DNA of 63,553 nucleotides, filler included, from Octopus bimaculoides (lineage: Eukaryota): assembly GCF_001194135.2 (NCBI RefSeq). It is 8 parts of 8 records of this genome, joined end to end, with 100 filler letters (N's around TTAATTAATTAA, not from the genome) between each part and the next. Parts side by side here need not be neighbours in the genome. Positions count along the whole stretch, not along the records: positions 28,189 to 41,514 come from NC_068982.1; positions 41,615 to 47,924 come from NC_068985.1; 6 more parts are not named here. One strand, 5' to 3'. Positions 28,965 to 42,945 of this stretch are shown one piece after another; positions within the stretch are counted from its first letter, which is position 1; every line of letters starts with the position of its first letter. The notes below the pieces were generated by a model, which was given only the letters and a program-made list of their open reading frames with translations, was not told the DNA's origin and made no database searches. The translations under genes and the position numbers were made by a program.

Positions 28965-29640
28965 GTGTGTAGTGTCAAGTCACTTGTGAGGTTTCTCACG
29001 AGTGGTACTGGTAACATAGAATCCAGTACAACCTGTTGCATGGTCGAGTCGTCGGTGACTAAACCGGCACTTCCACTAGGCTTGCCTGGTGAGGAGGGGG
29101 GTTGCTACAAACTCAGTTGGACTAAAAACAAGACCTGTCAAAAGGACAGTTAAACTTAGTGTAGGCTCAATTACCATCAAGCAATAGCAAGGGCCCACAG
29201 AGATTTCGGATGGTGCCCGGCGTGCTGGAACTCCACTGGAAGTAAGGAACCCTTAAACTTTTGTAAAAGCATGTCTCTAGGAGAAGGTCACTCTGGTATA
29301 AAATCAGATATGCAGGGAATTGTATCGAACATTTTGGAGCTTTTGCTTGCGCTTGGGATCATGGCGCTCCCATATTCTTGAGCCTGCAACCCACATTGGC
29401 AAACTGGCACTGGATATCTTGTCCTGGCTTGTCCCTCGGTCATGTCAGTAGGATGGAGAGGGTCTGTGAGGTACTGTTCAGGCCTTATTGGACCTATAAG
29501 TTTAGGTTGTGCAATCATCGACGAGGGGACTTTCTGATACCTGGTCGTGCTGAAGGGCACTGTAACGCGCGTGGAAGCCACGAGTGCGAAACCGGGTGAA
29601 GCGAGCGCCTGTGCAATACCCACACGTACAGGCATTGCTA
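28965..29640 (+). mobile_element. Possible internally deleted or decayed RTE-clade LINE derivative
   Basis: GC-richer block with remnant LGHVSRMER (cf. the RTE WLGHVxRM motif) preceded by an RTE 5'UTR-like segment. Heavily degenerate. Confidence 0.4.
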
Positions 29641-29702
29641 GTATTTTGCATGGGCAGTGGTCAACATAACACACACACACTCTCTCACACACACACACGC
29701 AC

Positions 29703-29738
<36 letters not shown>

Positions 29739-31200
29739 GCGCGCGTATGAGAAATAAGAATAAGCATAAAATTAATATAGTTCTTACGCGGGTTTCGCCA
29801 TTATGGTTGTTTAGAGCCCAGGAGTAAGTGTTACAATTGCATTTAGATGCTCAACCACAACAGACCGTCAGGGAACAGTTTATTGCATTAAGTAATTTAA
29901 GACGAAGTCTAAACCAGTATTTCTCAGCCATTTTGACACTGGCACACATGACATACCGTTTTTCACAGTTCTTTTGTTACTTGAAGTGAGATCCGTTTTA
30001 CTTTGTGTTACCAGTTTACACTTAGATGACATTTGGGAGTTAAACATCGTAATTTTGAATTCATATTGAAACATAAATTCTCAGATGTCCAGCGAAGGTT
30101 AGGATTATTTACAAAGTATCATAGGAGAATGTTAGCAAACTACGGTGTTTTAACTCGGAATTAAAATCACGGACTATGATAAGATCATCGATATAATTAT
30201 TTTTAATAGTAGTGCCCAGACACAAAGAGTCTTTTTGTAGACTAGGGTTTACGTCAATTGAATATTACTGAATATTATTTATTTTGTTGATCATTGTAGA
30301 AAGGTACGTAGGACGTGAACTCAAAATACAGAGGAAAAGAATTAAATACCAAGAAGCTTTTAATGTCACTGAACCGATTTTACCGTCTTACTGCTAAGGC
30401 AATTACATATAATTTTAATTAATTTACACTGATTGTTACAGGGATTCAGATTTATGGCAAAACAGAAATGTGATTGTATAATGAGTGTACTTTTCTCTAA
30501 AAATATTAAGGATATAAATGAAGCAGTTCTAACTGAGAATTGAAACTGTCGCCAGCTTAATGGAGGCGCCTACAACTACTTCTACAACAACAACTTTAAC
30601 GACAATGGTGACATTAAAACGATGTTTTAATAAGTTACTAACTCCACAAGACGCCAGACGAAATGACTCCTTTCTTGAGAAAGAAAAGTAAAGCTACCCT
30701 CACAGTAGTATATTAGTATAGCAATATGGGTTTTACTTCCTGGTGTGTCGGAGCCGCTTGAGGCAGTTGAAAGTCTTTGTGGTTGACGGACCCGAACGTT
30801 TCCTATGGTCCAGTTGAAGAGGATTTCGGTAGCAACAACGTCATTTTCAACAATCGTAACGAATTTGCAGAATCGTTAAAACGTCAGATAAAATGATTCC
30901 TTGTATCCATTCTAACACTCGGCGTGCTTATTTCAAATCTTGCCTTTTGCTCTTTTGACGTTATAAGAAAGTACCTGTTCACTATGATGGATTGGCAGAA
31001 GTATAACATCCTGTGATCAGATGCCTGTTGTTCCCTAATTTTTTTTTTGTTCTGAGATCGAATTCTACAGTAGCCTATTTGGGTGGTAGACTCAGTAGGT
31101 CGTTCGACTTAACATCACCACATAACCACCCAGTACATTGAGTGCCTTTTGCGGACTAATCCTTTTTTCTCAGCAATATCCTTTTCTTCATCACCTACAG

Positions 31201-31459
31201 CAGCGGTTCTCAACCATTTTTTTGCCTATGGACCCCTTTGATTCCTATTCTACTCAGGGATTAGAACCCCCATAGCCATTCGATGTCTAAAAACTCCTGT
31301 TATATTTTTAATGATTAAATATTATTAGGAATTGTATTAAAATATGTTTGAATATTTTGTGTATTGCAGAAATATAACCAGTTTATTGCACATGAATTTT
31401 AACAACAAAATATCATATGAACCCCTAAGGGCCACATGGACCACACCTGAGAAACACTG
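31201..31459. mobile_element. hAT (Charlie-like) MITE with 8-bp target site duplication
   Basis: TIRs CAGCGGTTCTCAACC and CCTGAGAAACACTG. Flanks ACCTACAG (31193-31200) and ATCTACAG (31460-31467) match at 7 of 8 positions. Confidence 0.8.
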
Positions 31460-31559
31460 ATCTACAGCAATATATAAGAGAGTCATGTGAATGAATTATA
31501 TGCGGCTAAATGCATTGTAAACTATTTTACATTATTCTGAAGTATGCGTAAGTGAATCT

Positions 31560-31808
31560 TTCTTTTATCTTTTACTTGTTTCAGTCATCGGAGTGCGGCT
31601 ATGGTGAGACACCACCTGGAGGGGTTTAGTCGAACAAATTGGCACCAGTACTTATTTTTACGCCTGATACTTATTCTAGCGATCTCTTTTACCTAACCAG
31701 CAACTTACGAGGGCCTAAATATACAAACACCAGTTATTAAGCGGCAGTGATGGTGGACAAATACAACACGCACGCGCACGCGCGCACGCACACGCACACG
31801 CACGCACG

Positions 31809-31868
<60 letters not shown>

Positions 31869-32040
31869 GTTACACGATTGGCATCTTTCAGTTTCCGTCT
31901 AGCAAATCCACTCACAAGGCTTTGTTCCGCCGCCCGGTGCTATAAAAGAAAAAGCTTGCCCAAGGTGCCGCATAACGAAACTGAATCTAAGATCGCATGG
32001 TTGGGAAAGAAGCTTAACTACACACAGCCATGCTTGCGTC
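31560..32040 (-). mobile_element. SINE family A, full-length copy
   Basis: CTTTTACTTGTTTCAGTCAT tail through the reversed tRNA head, with an internal (CA)n. Confidence 0.85.
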
Positions 32041-32895
32041 AGTTATGGAAACATTCGACATTTTTCGTTCTTTTCTTCACTTGAGTAAAATACATTCTGG
32101 CCAAAACGTGTAGTGAGAAAAAGAAAATGAAAATAAAATGTAAAAAAAAAAAAGCCCAAACAAACAAACATAAAAATGATAGCAGAAACCACAGCAAAAC
32201 TTTCAGTTGGTTTCTGACATGTACTATACATTTCAAACCATTGAAACCATTCCCATTGGGAAAAATTCCAGAGGCATTATGTCTACAAATTTGGGTGGCC
32301 ATTTTGTCATTCTATACATTTTTAAAATCACGAGAGCAGGAGTTTTAATTTATCTCTACGTCTTTCGATATGTTGTGCAGTGTGTTAATTTGCTTAATTT
32401 ATTAGTAATATACATACATAATACATACATACATACATACATACNNNNNNNNNNATATATATATATAATACTGCGCATCTATTTACATGCTTGTTTGTGG
32501 TTGTTTACTTGTTTGGTTGATAAATTGTGCTTCTTTATCATAATATTTATTTGTGAAAATGTATGCATGTGTATATGCATAAATAAATGCAAACATGCGT
32601 TGTACGTAAATTTCTATGCATGCTTCTCCGTATACAAGCACATACATACACATATAAATATACATATCTATGAATTCATAAATAATATATATATATATTC
32701 TTTTATTTCTTTCAATCATTTCACTGCGGCCATGGTGGTGCACCGCTTTTAGTTGAAGAAATCGACCCCAAGACTTATTCCTTGTAAGCCTAGTACCTAT
32801 TCTATCGGTCTCTTTACCGAACCGCTAAGCTATGGGGACGCAAACCAATATCGGTTGTCAAGCGATGGTTGGGTGACAAACACAGACACACAGAC

Positions 32896-32934
<39 letters not shown>

Positions 32935-33385
32935 NNNNNNNNNNNNNNNNNNNNNNNNNNNNNNNNNNNNNNNNNNNNNNNNNNNNNNNNNNNNNNNNNN
33001 NNNNNNNNNNNNNNNNNNNNNNNNNNNNNNNNNNNNNNNNNNNNNNNNNNNNNNNNNNNNNNNNNNNNNNNNNNNNNNNNNNNNNNNNNNNNNNNNNNNN
33101 NNNNNNNNNNNNNNNNNNNNNNNNNNNNNNNNNNNNNNNNNNNNNNNNNNNNNNNNNNNNNNNNNNNNNNNNNNNNNNNNNNNNNNNNNNNNNNNNNNNN
33201 NNNNNNNNNNNNNNNNNNNNNNNNNNNNNNNNNNNNNNNNNNNNNNNNNNNNNNNNNNNNNNNNNNNNNNNNNNNNNNNNNNNNNNNNNNNNNNNNNNNN
33301 NNNNNNNNNNNNNNNNNNNNNNNNNNNNNNNNNNNNNNNNNNNNNNNNNNNNNNNNNNNNNNNNNNNNNNNNNNNNNNNNNNNNN

Positions 33386-33420
<35 letters not shown>

Positions 33421-33644
33421 ATAACGTATTTTAAAGCACTTTTAAGAATAATAACAAAGTATGTACTCTGATACTGTCACTCTATACTGTGAGCGGAGTG
33501 GAATTCATCGTGATGTCTCAGATAACTTGATCTGTACTATACGTACAAATACACACATACACTCATGCTTACACATACACACACATGTATGCACACACAC
33601 ACTCACACACTCACACGCACAGAGGTTGGTTTTCGATATGAAAG

Positions 33645-34120
33645 TAAACCGGAAATAGTAACAAACGCTTCCGAACTCTAAATTTTTAATTTATACTTCG
33701 CATGATGGTTCTCTGGAGGACACTTGTCCTAAGCCACTTTGACTATTGCTCTCAGCTATGGTCACCAACCAGTGTCAAATTAATCTCAGAACTTGAGGCA
33801 ATCCAACGAAGCTACACGAAGAAGATAGCCTCTATGCAGGATATAAGCTATTGGGAAATACTCAAGAGATTAAGACTCTATTCCTTAGAGCGTAGGTGAG
33901 AAAGATATGCCATAATATACATCTGGAAGATCCTCGAAGGACTTGTCCCAAACTTTGGCATCGAAAGTTACACAAATAAAAGAACTGAGCGCCACTGCAC
34001 AGTGCCAAGGACTCCAAATTTGCCATCAACATGTAGGACAAGATACTGCAATAGCTTGGGCTTCAAAGGTCCACAGCTTTTCAATATCCTCCCGAATGAC
34101 CTGAGAGACTTTGAAGGTGT
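33645..34120 (+). mobile_element. 5'-truncated LINE (CR1/L2/Jockey-group) ORF2 C-terminal fragment
   Basis: MMVLWRTLVLSHFDYCSQLWSP..ELEAIQRSYTKKI..SYWEILKRLRLYSLERR*ERYAIIYIWKILEGLVPN..NSLGFKGPQLFNILPNDLR. The frame continues through a single TGA. This is the typical post-RT region of CR1-group LINEs. Confidence 0.9.
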
Positions 34121-35915
34121 GCTACATGAGCCGATATATATGTAGTTACAGTCAGCAGTTGATACTGTACACTTATAAACGATGTTTTTTGTGAGACAGC
34201 AGTTATCTAAAGGTCAGGAGGTTGGGTGTCTACAACTACATAGGTTTGTAGATGGTGTTCCGGATGAACTTGTGAGGGGATTGCTATTTAGTGAGGAACC
34301 GGTGTTAGGTTTGTCGTTATTGCTGGCGTTAAGATTAATATTTATTAAGGAGTTGAGGGTGGTATTGTAGGATTGTATAATATGATAATTATTGTGCTCG
34401 GTGGTATCTTCTGTGTCGTTCTCTATTTTTACAAGAGATATAGTTGGGCGTTGTGGTAAATTTAAGGATCGGGTGTTAGTAGTGGAATTATAGTTGGAGT
34501 TATAGTTCCAAATATAGGGGGGGGGGGGCGTCAATTGATGTTTTGGGTTTATATGTATGGATCTGGGGGTTATGTTGAGTGAATGTATCAGGTTGGAGGT
34601 TTGCTGGTTATGGATTTCTGAGTTTCTCGTTAAGATGTCGGATAACTCCGGTAATGTTGGTGGTAGTGGAGTAGGACAATTTTACAGATTAAATATTTTA
34701 AATATTTTTCTAAAGGGGCTAGAAATGTTTTTCGAGTAGGGCGAGGAAGAGTTTAGGTACTCGAGTCTGAATATTAAGGGCAAAGGAGAAAGGGTGGAAC
34801 CAGGTAATGTCCCGGGTTCTAGTTCGTTTAATCCGATTGGGGGTGGGGAATAAATGGGTGAGGATAGGGTTTTGGAGGAGTACACTGGTATTTGTTTCGG
34901 TGAGTTGTAATGTATATAGGATTTGAGGTCATCTGGTTGGAGGGTTGTTTGTTAGGTCGTCTGTTACTCTGAGAATTGGATGGGTATAAGAGAGGTGGGA
35001 TGGGGGATTTTATGTTTACTATACAGGGGTGCAGAACTGGTTTCAGTTCCGGGTTTAGTGGAGAGAGGAATATTCCACATGGGGATATAGTCGATTGAGC
35101 TTTTATATCCGTCACTTTGTAGGGCACAATTATGATATTCAGCATATTGATTGAATAAATCCTTATTAGTAGATTGTGAGGAAATCCGGTAGGAAACGCT
35201 TTACACAATAGATTATAGGATGGAGGAGGTGGGTGGAGGAGACGTTCCCGTAGTGGAGGCTTTTCCCAGGTTTGGGTAGAAGGTTTGGTTTTGCAAGCCC
35301 AGAGTTACGTCTAAGAAATTAGCAGTCTTAACGTTGTTGCAGAAGGTGATGTTGAGGCCGACATTTAAAAAAAACAACTTCTTAATCTTTTTCAGGTCTG
35401 TTCGATCTTTCGGCTGCTAGAATTTTGGATTCCGAATACAGCGTCATCTCTGAATAGACCACCGGAAATGTTAGCGAATTGTTCATGGAGACCATTAACT
35501 AGGTTATGTCCTACAAGGTCTGTAACTTGGGCGGAGTCACTGCCTCCATGGGGGTGTCGAAAAAGTTAGGTGTATCCTTGCGGGCCCAGGATTTCCCATC
35601 GAAGAGTATGATATTTCGGCGGGCTGTTAATATTATGTCAATATCGTCGCGAAATAGGTTGGAATAGTTTTTTGAGAAGATTAGGGCCTTATTTAGGAGA
35701 ACAGGAGATATGCTGGCGTAGTATTGATGAATGTCGATTTGTATAAATTTAAAGGTGTGCTTAGGGCATAAACAATTGAACCACTGGATAGCTTTAGTGG
35801 TTTTGATCCAGAGTATTAATGTAGATGTGGTGGACAGTTGGGGTGTTATCCGATCGAGCATAATTTTGCTGATCTTACCTATATCGGAGGTGGAGGGGCA
35901 GATGAGGTGTTAACA
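34120..35915 (-). mobile_element. Decayed Penelope-like element (RT and linker region)
   Basis: Frameshifted fragments WIKTTKAIQWFN..FKFIQIDIHQYYASIS, GLFRDDA, FLDVTL-like, RDITWFHPFS..LFLALLEKHF, KLSYSTTTNI match the Penelope-clade RT/thumb/linker consensus. Confidence 0.88.
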
Positions 35916-36073
35916 TGTACCTCCTTGTGACAATGTAAACTTTCATTTAATCAAGATATCCTTGGCCTGAAGAGTAGTCTGTGGTATACACCTCGCTTGG
36001 ATATTTACTACTTCTGAGGTTACGCTCGTTATGAAACATATGTAGCCCGGATCTTATCTACTCCATTCCGTAA

Positions 36074-36111
<38 letters not shown>

Positions 36112-36443
36112 CATACATGAAGAGATCCTACCCCATACAGCTTAAAAGGATAAATTCTTAACATTGGATTTAACCCAAATGCATAAGTTTTATGAGTTTT
36201 CTTTATATCAAATTTATATATTTGATCCTTTATATTGAACACTCAATATTTCATCTACATTCAATACTTTATTTCATGGTGCCATCCATTTTTATTTTAT
36301 TTTATTTTATTTTATTTTATTTTATTTTATATATTGTATATTATATTATATATTGTATAATCCATATTCTATATCCCACATTGGTTCTGCAGGAATATAA
36401 ATAAAACATAAAAAACAGACAGTGTTGGAACTCTTTTAAACAA

Positions 36444-36492
<49 letters not shown>

Positions 36493-37227
36493 CAATGAAA
36501 GCGCGTGGCTTAGTGGTTAGGGTATTCGTCTAACAATCATAAGGCTGTCATTTCGATTCCCGGGGAGCGCGTTACTCACTTGAGCAACATACTTTATTTC
36601 TCGCTCCTACATTTCACTCGGCTGACAAAAATGAAATGTATCTGTAGTTTAAAGGGGCCAGTCTTGTCACATTCTGCGTCATGCTTAATCTACGTTATGG
36701 AGAACTACGTGTCTGTGGAGTGCTCTGCCACTTGCACGTTAATATCACGTGCAGGCTGTTTGGTTCATCGAATCAAGTGGCACCCTCGCCGTCGTAACCG
36801 ACGGAGAACCAGGCCATGTTACATCGAACTCAGTACTTAATTGATGACTATATCGACATACGAGGGACAAAGAGAAGCTAGTATCCGGATAGGATTTGAA
36901 CTTAACGTAAAAACGACGTAACCAAGATTCAGAAGGTACACGCATTTTACCCGTCGTTCTAATACAATTTTGATTCTGTTCGACGTCATTCATATGGAAA
37001 TATTGTACTTGTCATGAAAAAGATCATGGAATCAAATATTATAGAGGCTATATCAATGTATGGTAACTTATTTACAGAACTTTTACTTGTTCCATCATTG
37101 GACTGTGGTCATTCTGGAGCAGTGCCTGTTTAGTCAAACAGATTGATATCAGTGCTTTACGGTTGCAACAAAGAAAGCAACACCAGTTGCTAAGTGGTGG
37201 TAGGAGACAAACTCGAAGACGCACGCG

Positions 37228-37284
<57 letters not shown>

Positions 37285-37759
37285 NNNNNNNNNNNNNNNN
37301 NNNNNNNNNNNNNNNNNNNNNNNNNNNNNNNNNNNNNNNNNNNNNNNNNNNNNNNNNNNNNNNNNNNNNNNNNNNNNNNNNNNNNNNNNNNNNNNNNNNN
37401 NNNNNNNNNNNNNNNNNNNNNNNNNNNNNNNNNNNNNNNNNNNNNNNNNNNNNNNNNNNNNNNNNNNNNNNNNNNNNNNNNNNNNNNNNNNNNNNNNNNN
37501 NNNNNNNNNNNNNNNNNNNNNNNNNNNNNNNNNNNNNNNNNNNNNNNNNNNNNNNNNNNNNNNNNNNNNNNNNNNNNNNNNNNNNNNNNNNNNNNNNNNN
37601 NNNNNNNNNNNNNNNNNNNNNNNNNNNNNNNNNNNNNNNNNNNNNNNNNNNNNNNNNNNNNNNNNNNNNNNNNNNNNNNNNNNNNNNNNNNNNNNNNNNN
37701 NNNNNNNNNNNNNNNNNNNNNNNNNNNNNNNNNNNNNNNNNNNNNNNNNNNNNNNNNNN

Positions 37760-37790
<31 letters not shown>

Positions 37791-38212
37791 ATAATATGTT
37801 TAGCCAGATGTGAACGCCTTGTTTTCTTATACAATATCTTCGCACTCTAATTTCAATACTGTGTTGGGATTTTATCAGCGCCTGGGTACCCTCTGTAACT
37901 GTCAATTGTGATATTGTTTATAAGCCCTCAAATGCTGGGGCTGGGGTGGGAAGCTACGTAAACTAGATTGACCAGTTTGCATATGTAATGCATTTTTGGC
38001 ACTTAGTGCTACAAAATTGATCTACAGATTTTTAGTCAACGCTCTACGTATAGATAGAGTTAAACATATTGTCTTCATATGCAATAAAATTGCGGACGGA
38101 AAATGAGGGATCACTTAGTAGCAACGAAGTACCCTTTTTTAGCTGTGCATGCGCGCGCACACGCACAGACGCATAAACAAACTTATACACATATAGGCGG
38201 TATAAGATGTCA

Positions 38213-39365
38213 TTGAGGAACAGAAGCCTAATCGACAGGACATGAAATATATTTTATTCAATCACTCATTGGTGAACGCGTCTGTTGGGATTTTAATAAG
38301 ATTTCGTATTTCAAATACATACACACACATACACACACATACACATACATACACACACGGGCACAATAGCAGCCTCGCTTTTTCGTCTTTGACATCCTGA
38401 ACCAGTAGCAAGGTGGGCCTAAGCAACGGGGGGTATACCAGTGGGATAAGCAGTGGGGACTACATGTTTCTTTGTTCTCTGGGGAAAGTGTCATACCGTG
38501 AAATGATTGGATATCGTGTTTTTGCCTGTTGAAATTGATAACTGATGGTTGGGCTTTCCTGCACAATCTGCCAGAAATCCGATCTGCAAATGCGTCGGAT
38601 GACATGACCTAAAAGAATTTCACCGAAGGTTTAAACCTCTCGGGTGCAAACGACTCGGTTTAACCAGCATGTCAACAATTCTGTTGCGCAGCAGGTGGAG
38701 CACAGCTGCATGTAGACAGATCGAGGAACCAAGGGTATGAGCTAGGTTCAAGGTGAGAGCCGGTAGTAGTCATGGTCTCCTCCAAAAGGATCATTACTCC
38801 TGTCGTTCTCGAACTGCCAGCATGTAGCAGTGCGTCACCTGCTGCGCAACAGAATTGCCGACATCGCGTGCATCCGAGAGCTTTAAACCTTCTAAGAAAT
38901 TCTTTTAGGGCATGTCATCTTATGCATTTGAGGGACGGATTTCCGCAGACGGTGTGGTGAAACCCAACGTCCAGTTTTCAATTTTTACAGACAAAAACAC
39001 GATAGCCAATAATTTCTCAGCAGGGCGCTTTCCCAAGAGTGCAGAGAAGCACGTAACCCCCTCTGGTTATTCCGCTGCATCACTGGTATGCCTCCAGTTG
39101 CCTAGGCCCATTTTACCCCTGGTTCAGGGAGCCAGAGACGAGAAAGTGAGGCTGATATTATATCTGTTAGTGTATGTGTGTGTGTTTTCTATGTGTGCGT
39201 ATGTGTGTGTGTGTGTTCGGCGTGTTTTTAAAATACGATATCTTATTAAATCACCACCGACATGTTCACCAATGAGTGATTATGTAAAATATATTTCATA
39301 TTCTGTTGATTTCGTGTTTGATATATTCAAAGCGATGTTTTGACTGATTAGGCTTTTGTCCTTCA
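38213..39365. mobile_element. ~1.15 kb foldback (long inverted repeat) element
   Basis: The left arm (~38213-38745) aligns by eye along its whole length to the reverse complement of the right arm (~38790-39365). Examples: TGAAATATATTTT..AATCACTCATTGGTGAAC, CTGCTGCGCAACAGAATTG, TTTAAACCTTC..GAAATTCTTTTAGG. Confidence 0.88.
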
Positions 39366-40251
39366 TATTTCCTGTTTTCTTCACAGAACATTATTTCTTG
39401 TGTCAACGATTATACTATGTGACCAATCGTTTTGTGGTAGGACACTTTACAGCTGCTGAATTATAAACGTTATGGAACACCGTAAGATGCAAGAAAAATT
39501 CTTCCTGTGGCAACTTGAGTTCCGTTTCCAGTTGTACTCATATAAAATCAATTAAAGTAGGAAGTTTTTCAATAGAATTCTAACCATAATTCTTGATTTT
39601 GCGTTACTGAACACACACTATCTTTTTAACTGAGGGTTTTACTCCAAAATTTCTATTGCAACATCATCTCATATGTATATTTATATAAACAACTTACAAC
39701 TATACGGTTTACGGCAGAATTTTTGTCACTTCATTACTTTTATTCTGGTACAAATGTGCTCATAAGAAAGGCCATGGATTGTAATAGCATTCCATGTGTT
39801 GTTTAAAATGATACGAGTTGCAATCTTCTTGTCGCTGAACAAATAAAAATTGTATAACTTTAGGTCATACATTTTTATTTGTTAAACAAATGCAAAACAA
39901 CTGCAACCTGCAGCATTTTTCTAACGCAGTTATGTCCTTTACTATTTTTCGAGTGAAATATATCTATAGTAGATCTTACACAACTTGGTAAAAAGAGAAG
40001 AATTCTATATGGCCCAGATTTGGAAATAACCCAACATATAGAAAAAGAATAAATAAATAAATAAGTTATAGCAGGAAAAGATTTTTCATGCGAAACATGT
40101 TCTCTCACACCGCCATTTCCCCCACCACTAACTTCAATAACCCCTAAAAATAAATATCTAAAACAACAAACTAACAATAAAATACTTCTTCTAAATTTAC
40201 TACTACTACCATCAGGGGCGACACCACCATCACCACAATCACAATTTACAT

Positions 40252-40269
40252 GCATTACTGCTGCTGCTG

Positions 40270-40305
<36 letters not shown>

Positions 40306-40333
40306 GCAACGAAACAACAAAATAATAATAATA

Positions 40334-40364
<31 letters not shown>

Positions 40365-40464
40365 TGATAACAATAATAATAATAACAACAATAATAATAA
40401 TAGTAATAATAATAATAATAATGATGATAATAATAATAATAATAATAACAACAACAACAACAAC

Positions 40465-40505
<41 letters not shown>

Positions 40506-40560
40506 TGATGATGATAATAATAATAATAACAGCAATAATAATAATAGTAATAAATAAATA
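40252..40560. repeat. (CTG)/(CTA)/(AAT)/(AAC)/(GAT) compound microsatellite
   Basis: Directly visible; explains the poly-L, poly-I and poly-Y ORFs. Confidence 0.95.
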
Positions 40561-42908
40561 AATAAAATAGAAGCAGATATCAGTGTGGTTGGCTTTAAAA
40601 ATGTAAGCATCAAATATTCAAAGAAGCCAAATGTGATTGTTAACGGGATACACGACTCAATAGATATTAAAAGGCATGTGGTGACGTTATAACATTTTTT
40701 TTTTTAATATGTAGATTCATTTTTAATGCTATTTTAGTTTTGTTTGTTTACACGCGCATTCATAACATATACATAAACACGCACAGATATTTATTTATTT
40801 ATAGTGCACTATACAACGTTTTGGGGAAATTTAAAATGTATGGTATACCTTTTCATAAACCTACAAGTTTAGTCTTGCAGTAAAAAGTAAATTTTATGGC
40901 TATACCGCAATGTTTATCTCTCTGTTGACGGAAGACCTGAGATCGTTCTAACAGAGAAAGAATATTCAGCATGTCACCGGTGTGGTGATAGCTTACAACT
41001 ACTTATAGTGTATTGAAACAGAACTCCGCTAAAACGGTCTGTCTGATTTGCATAATAGTGCATTGGCTGACAACGTTGTTTAATTAATTTATTCATAGTG
41101 ATCTCCATAATGTTTCGGGTTAGTTTAATCGAGAAGTAAATAAATTGGTTATAACACAGCTATAGATTAAATTTTATGTTTATTAAAATGTATGCCATAT
41201 TTTTGAAGTTAACTAAAAAAAAAAAAAGAATGGAAGAAAGAAAGAAAAATACTATGCAATGCATTATGAAATAATAAATCTATGGTGCCAATACATGTAC
41301 TGTTACACAAATTAGTCCGATCAGTTGAGTCGATTTATCTTACTTTCTATACATTATCTATAAGCTATTAATTATTTCGCAAAAAGAAGATGGGTACTCT
41401 TTGTTAGAAGAAACTTTAAGATGGGCATCAACTATTCTGGCCATGATGAAACTCAAATATTATATTTGTTAAAATGCATACTTTGAATTTTGTGTGCATA
41501 TATATATATATATANNNNNNNNNNNNNNNNNNNNNNNNNNNNNNNNNNNNNNNNNNNNTTAATTAATTAANNNNNNNNNNNNNNNNNNNNNNNNNNNNNN
41601 NNNNNNNNNNNNNNAGAGAGAGAGAGAGAGAGAGTATTAATGAATGGCTGAAATCAGACATCAAAGGATATTCAAATGCATTTTATATCTTTATTATAAC
41701 TTAACATAAATATTCATCTGGGCAATTGAAACATTCACGTGACATGTGTCTGCGAAGTATTCATAGAAGAAATCTACAAGATTTTACAATCATTAGCTTA
41801 AGGTGACATTACAAAAATGAAAGCAAAATAAAAAAAAAAATGTGTATATATCTGAATTAGCTTTTGAAAAAATGTTAAGTCGTCTTTACAAATATAAAAG
41901 GCAAAAAATTCAGGTGATCTTTTGAAATATTTTCACCTGATTTCAGAAAAGAATTGCATGTGACTTCTTCAAATAATCCACGTAATTTCAAAAGAAAAAA
42001 AGAATAATCTCTCTTTACAAAGAATCATCTCTTTAAAAAAATATCTGGCATTATGTCACATCGTGTGACTTCATATCAAAATCACGTGACTTTATGAAAA
42101 CAATTCCTAGATTTTCATACAAAGAAATTTACCCCTCTCGCCGATAAAATTTAACTATTATTGTATCTAAGTCAAAAATAAATATTTGTATATAGACGTG
42201 CGTTGTCTGCAAACAGCATTGTATTGGGTTATATATCATGCGACAATTAATCTCATTCCTTTAGCTTCTGAGTTCAAATCTTAGTTTGCTCTCATACTGT
42301 TGGTTTATAATTAAATGTATTCAGGTTTTAACCATCTTGTTTGTTTGTATATCAAAGTGTATGTTGTTAAATATAAGTTTTCTTTTATTTACAATAGGAA
42401 TGATTTTTAGGGACCTAGTAAGAAATAGAAATCTTAAGGAAATATATATACATAATTATGTATAAATATATAGAAGTACACACACACACACACATACAGA
42501 CACATATATATATATATACACAAATACATATACATACACACAAACACATATATAGACCTTATGTGTACAGTTGTACAGTTAGATGTACGACTACAACTAA
42601 AATGAGTTAGCGCTCCAATAGATTACCATCATCCAGTCGGCTTCCTGTATAATAGTCAGTCAACCAATGTACTCGGCAGTGTTACTAGTTAAGATAGACC
42701 GAGCATACCTGGTGAAAATTAAGATAAACACCAGAATAATTTTTTAGTTCCTACGTACGTTTCCCGGTTTCAGTTATTTGAAACATAATATTAAATCTTC
42801 CAAGGACATTTGGAAACCAAACTGCAATGGATCATCAGGAGAGCACTTTATTGCATTCTGTTACAGAAATCATATATATATATATATTAAAGTTGTGTTA
42901 AAGAACTT

Positions 42909-42945
<37 letters not shown>

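Noticed and set aside
35930-36050. Hammerhead ribozyme at the Penelope end (CTGAAGAG / CTGAGG..GAAAC); also CTGACGA on the minus strand near 47380
   Set aside because: I could not build stems I-III around an intact CUGANGA/GAAA core by eye. An Infernal search would be needed.
39387-39481. Plus-strand exon-like segment with good acceptor and GTAAG donor
   Set aside because: Stops in all three frames; it could only be a non-coding exon and there is no support for that.
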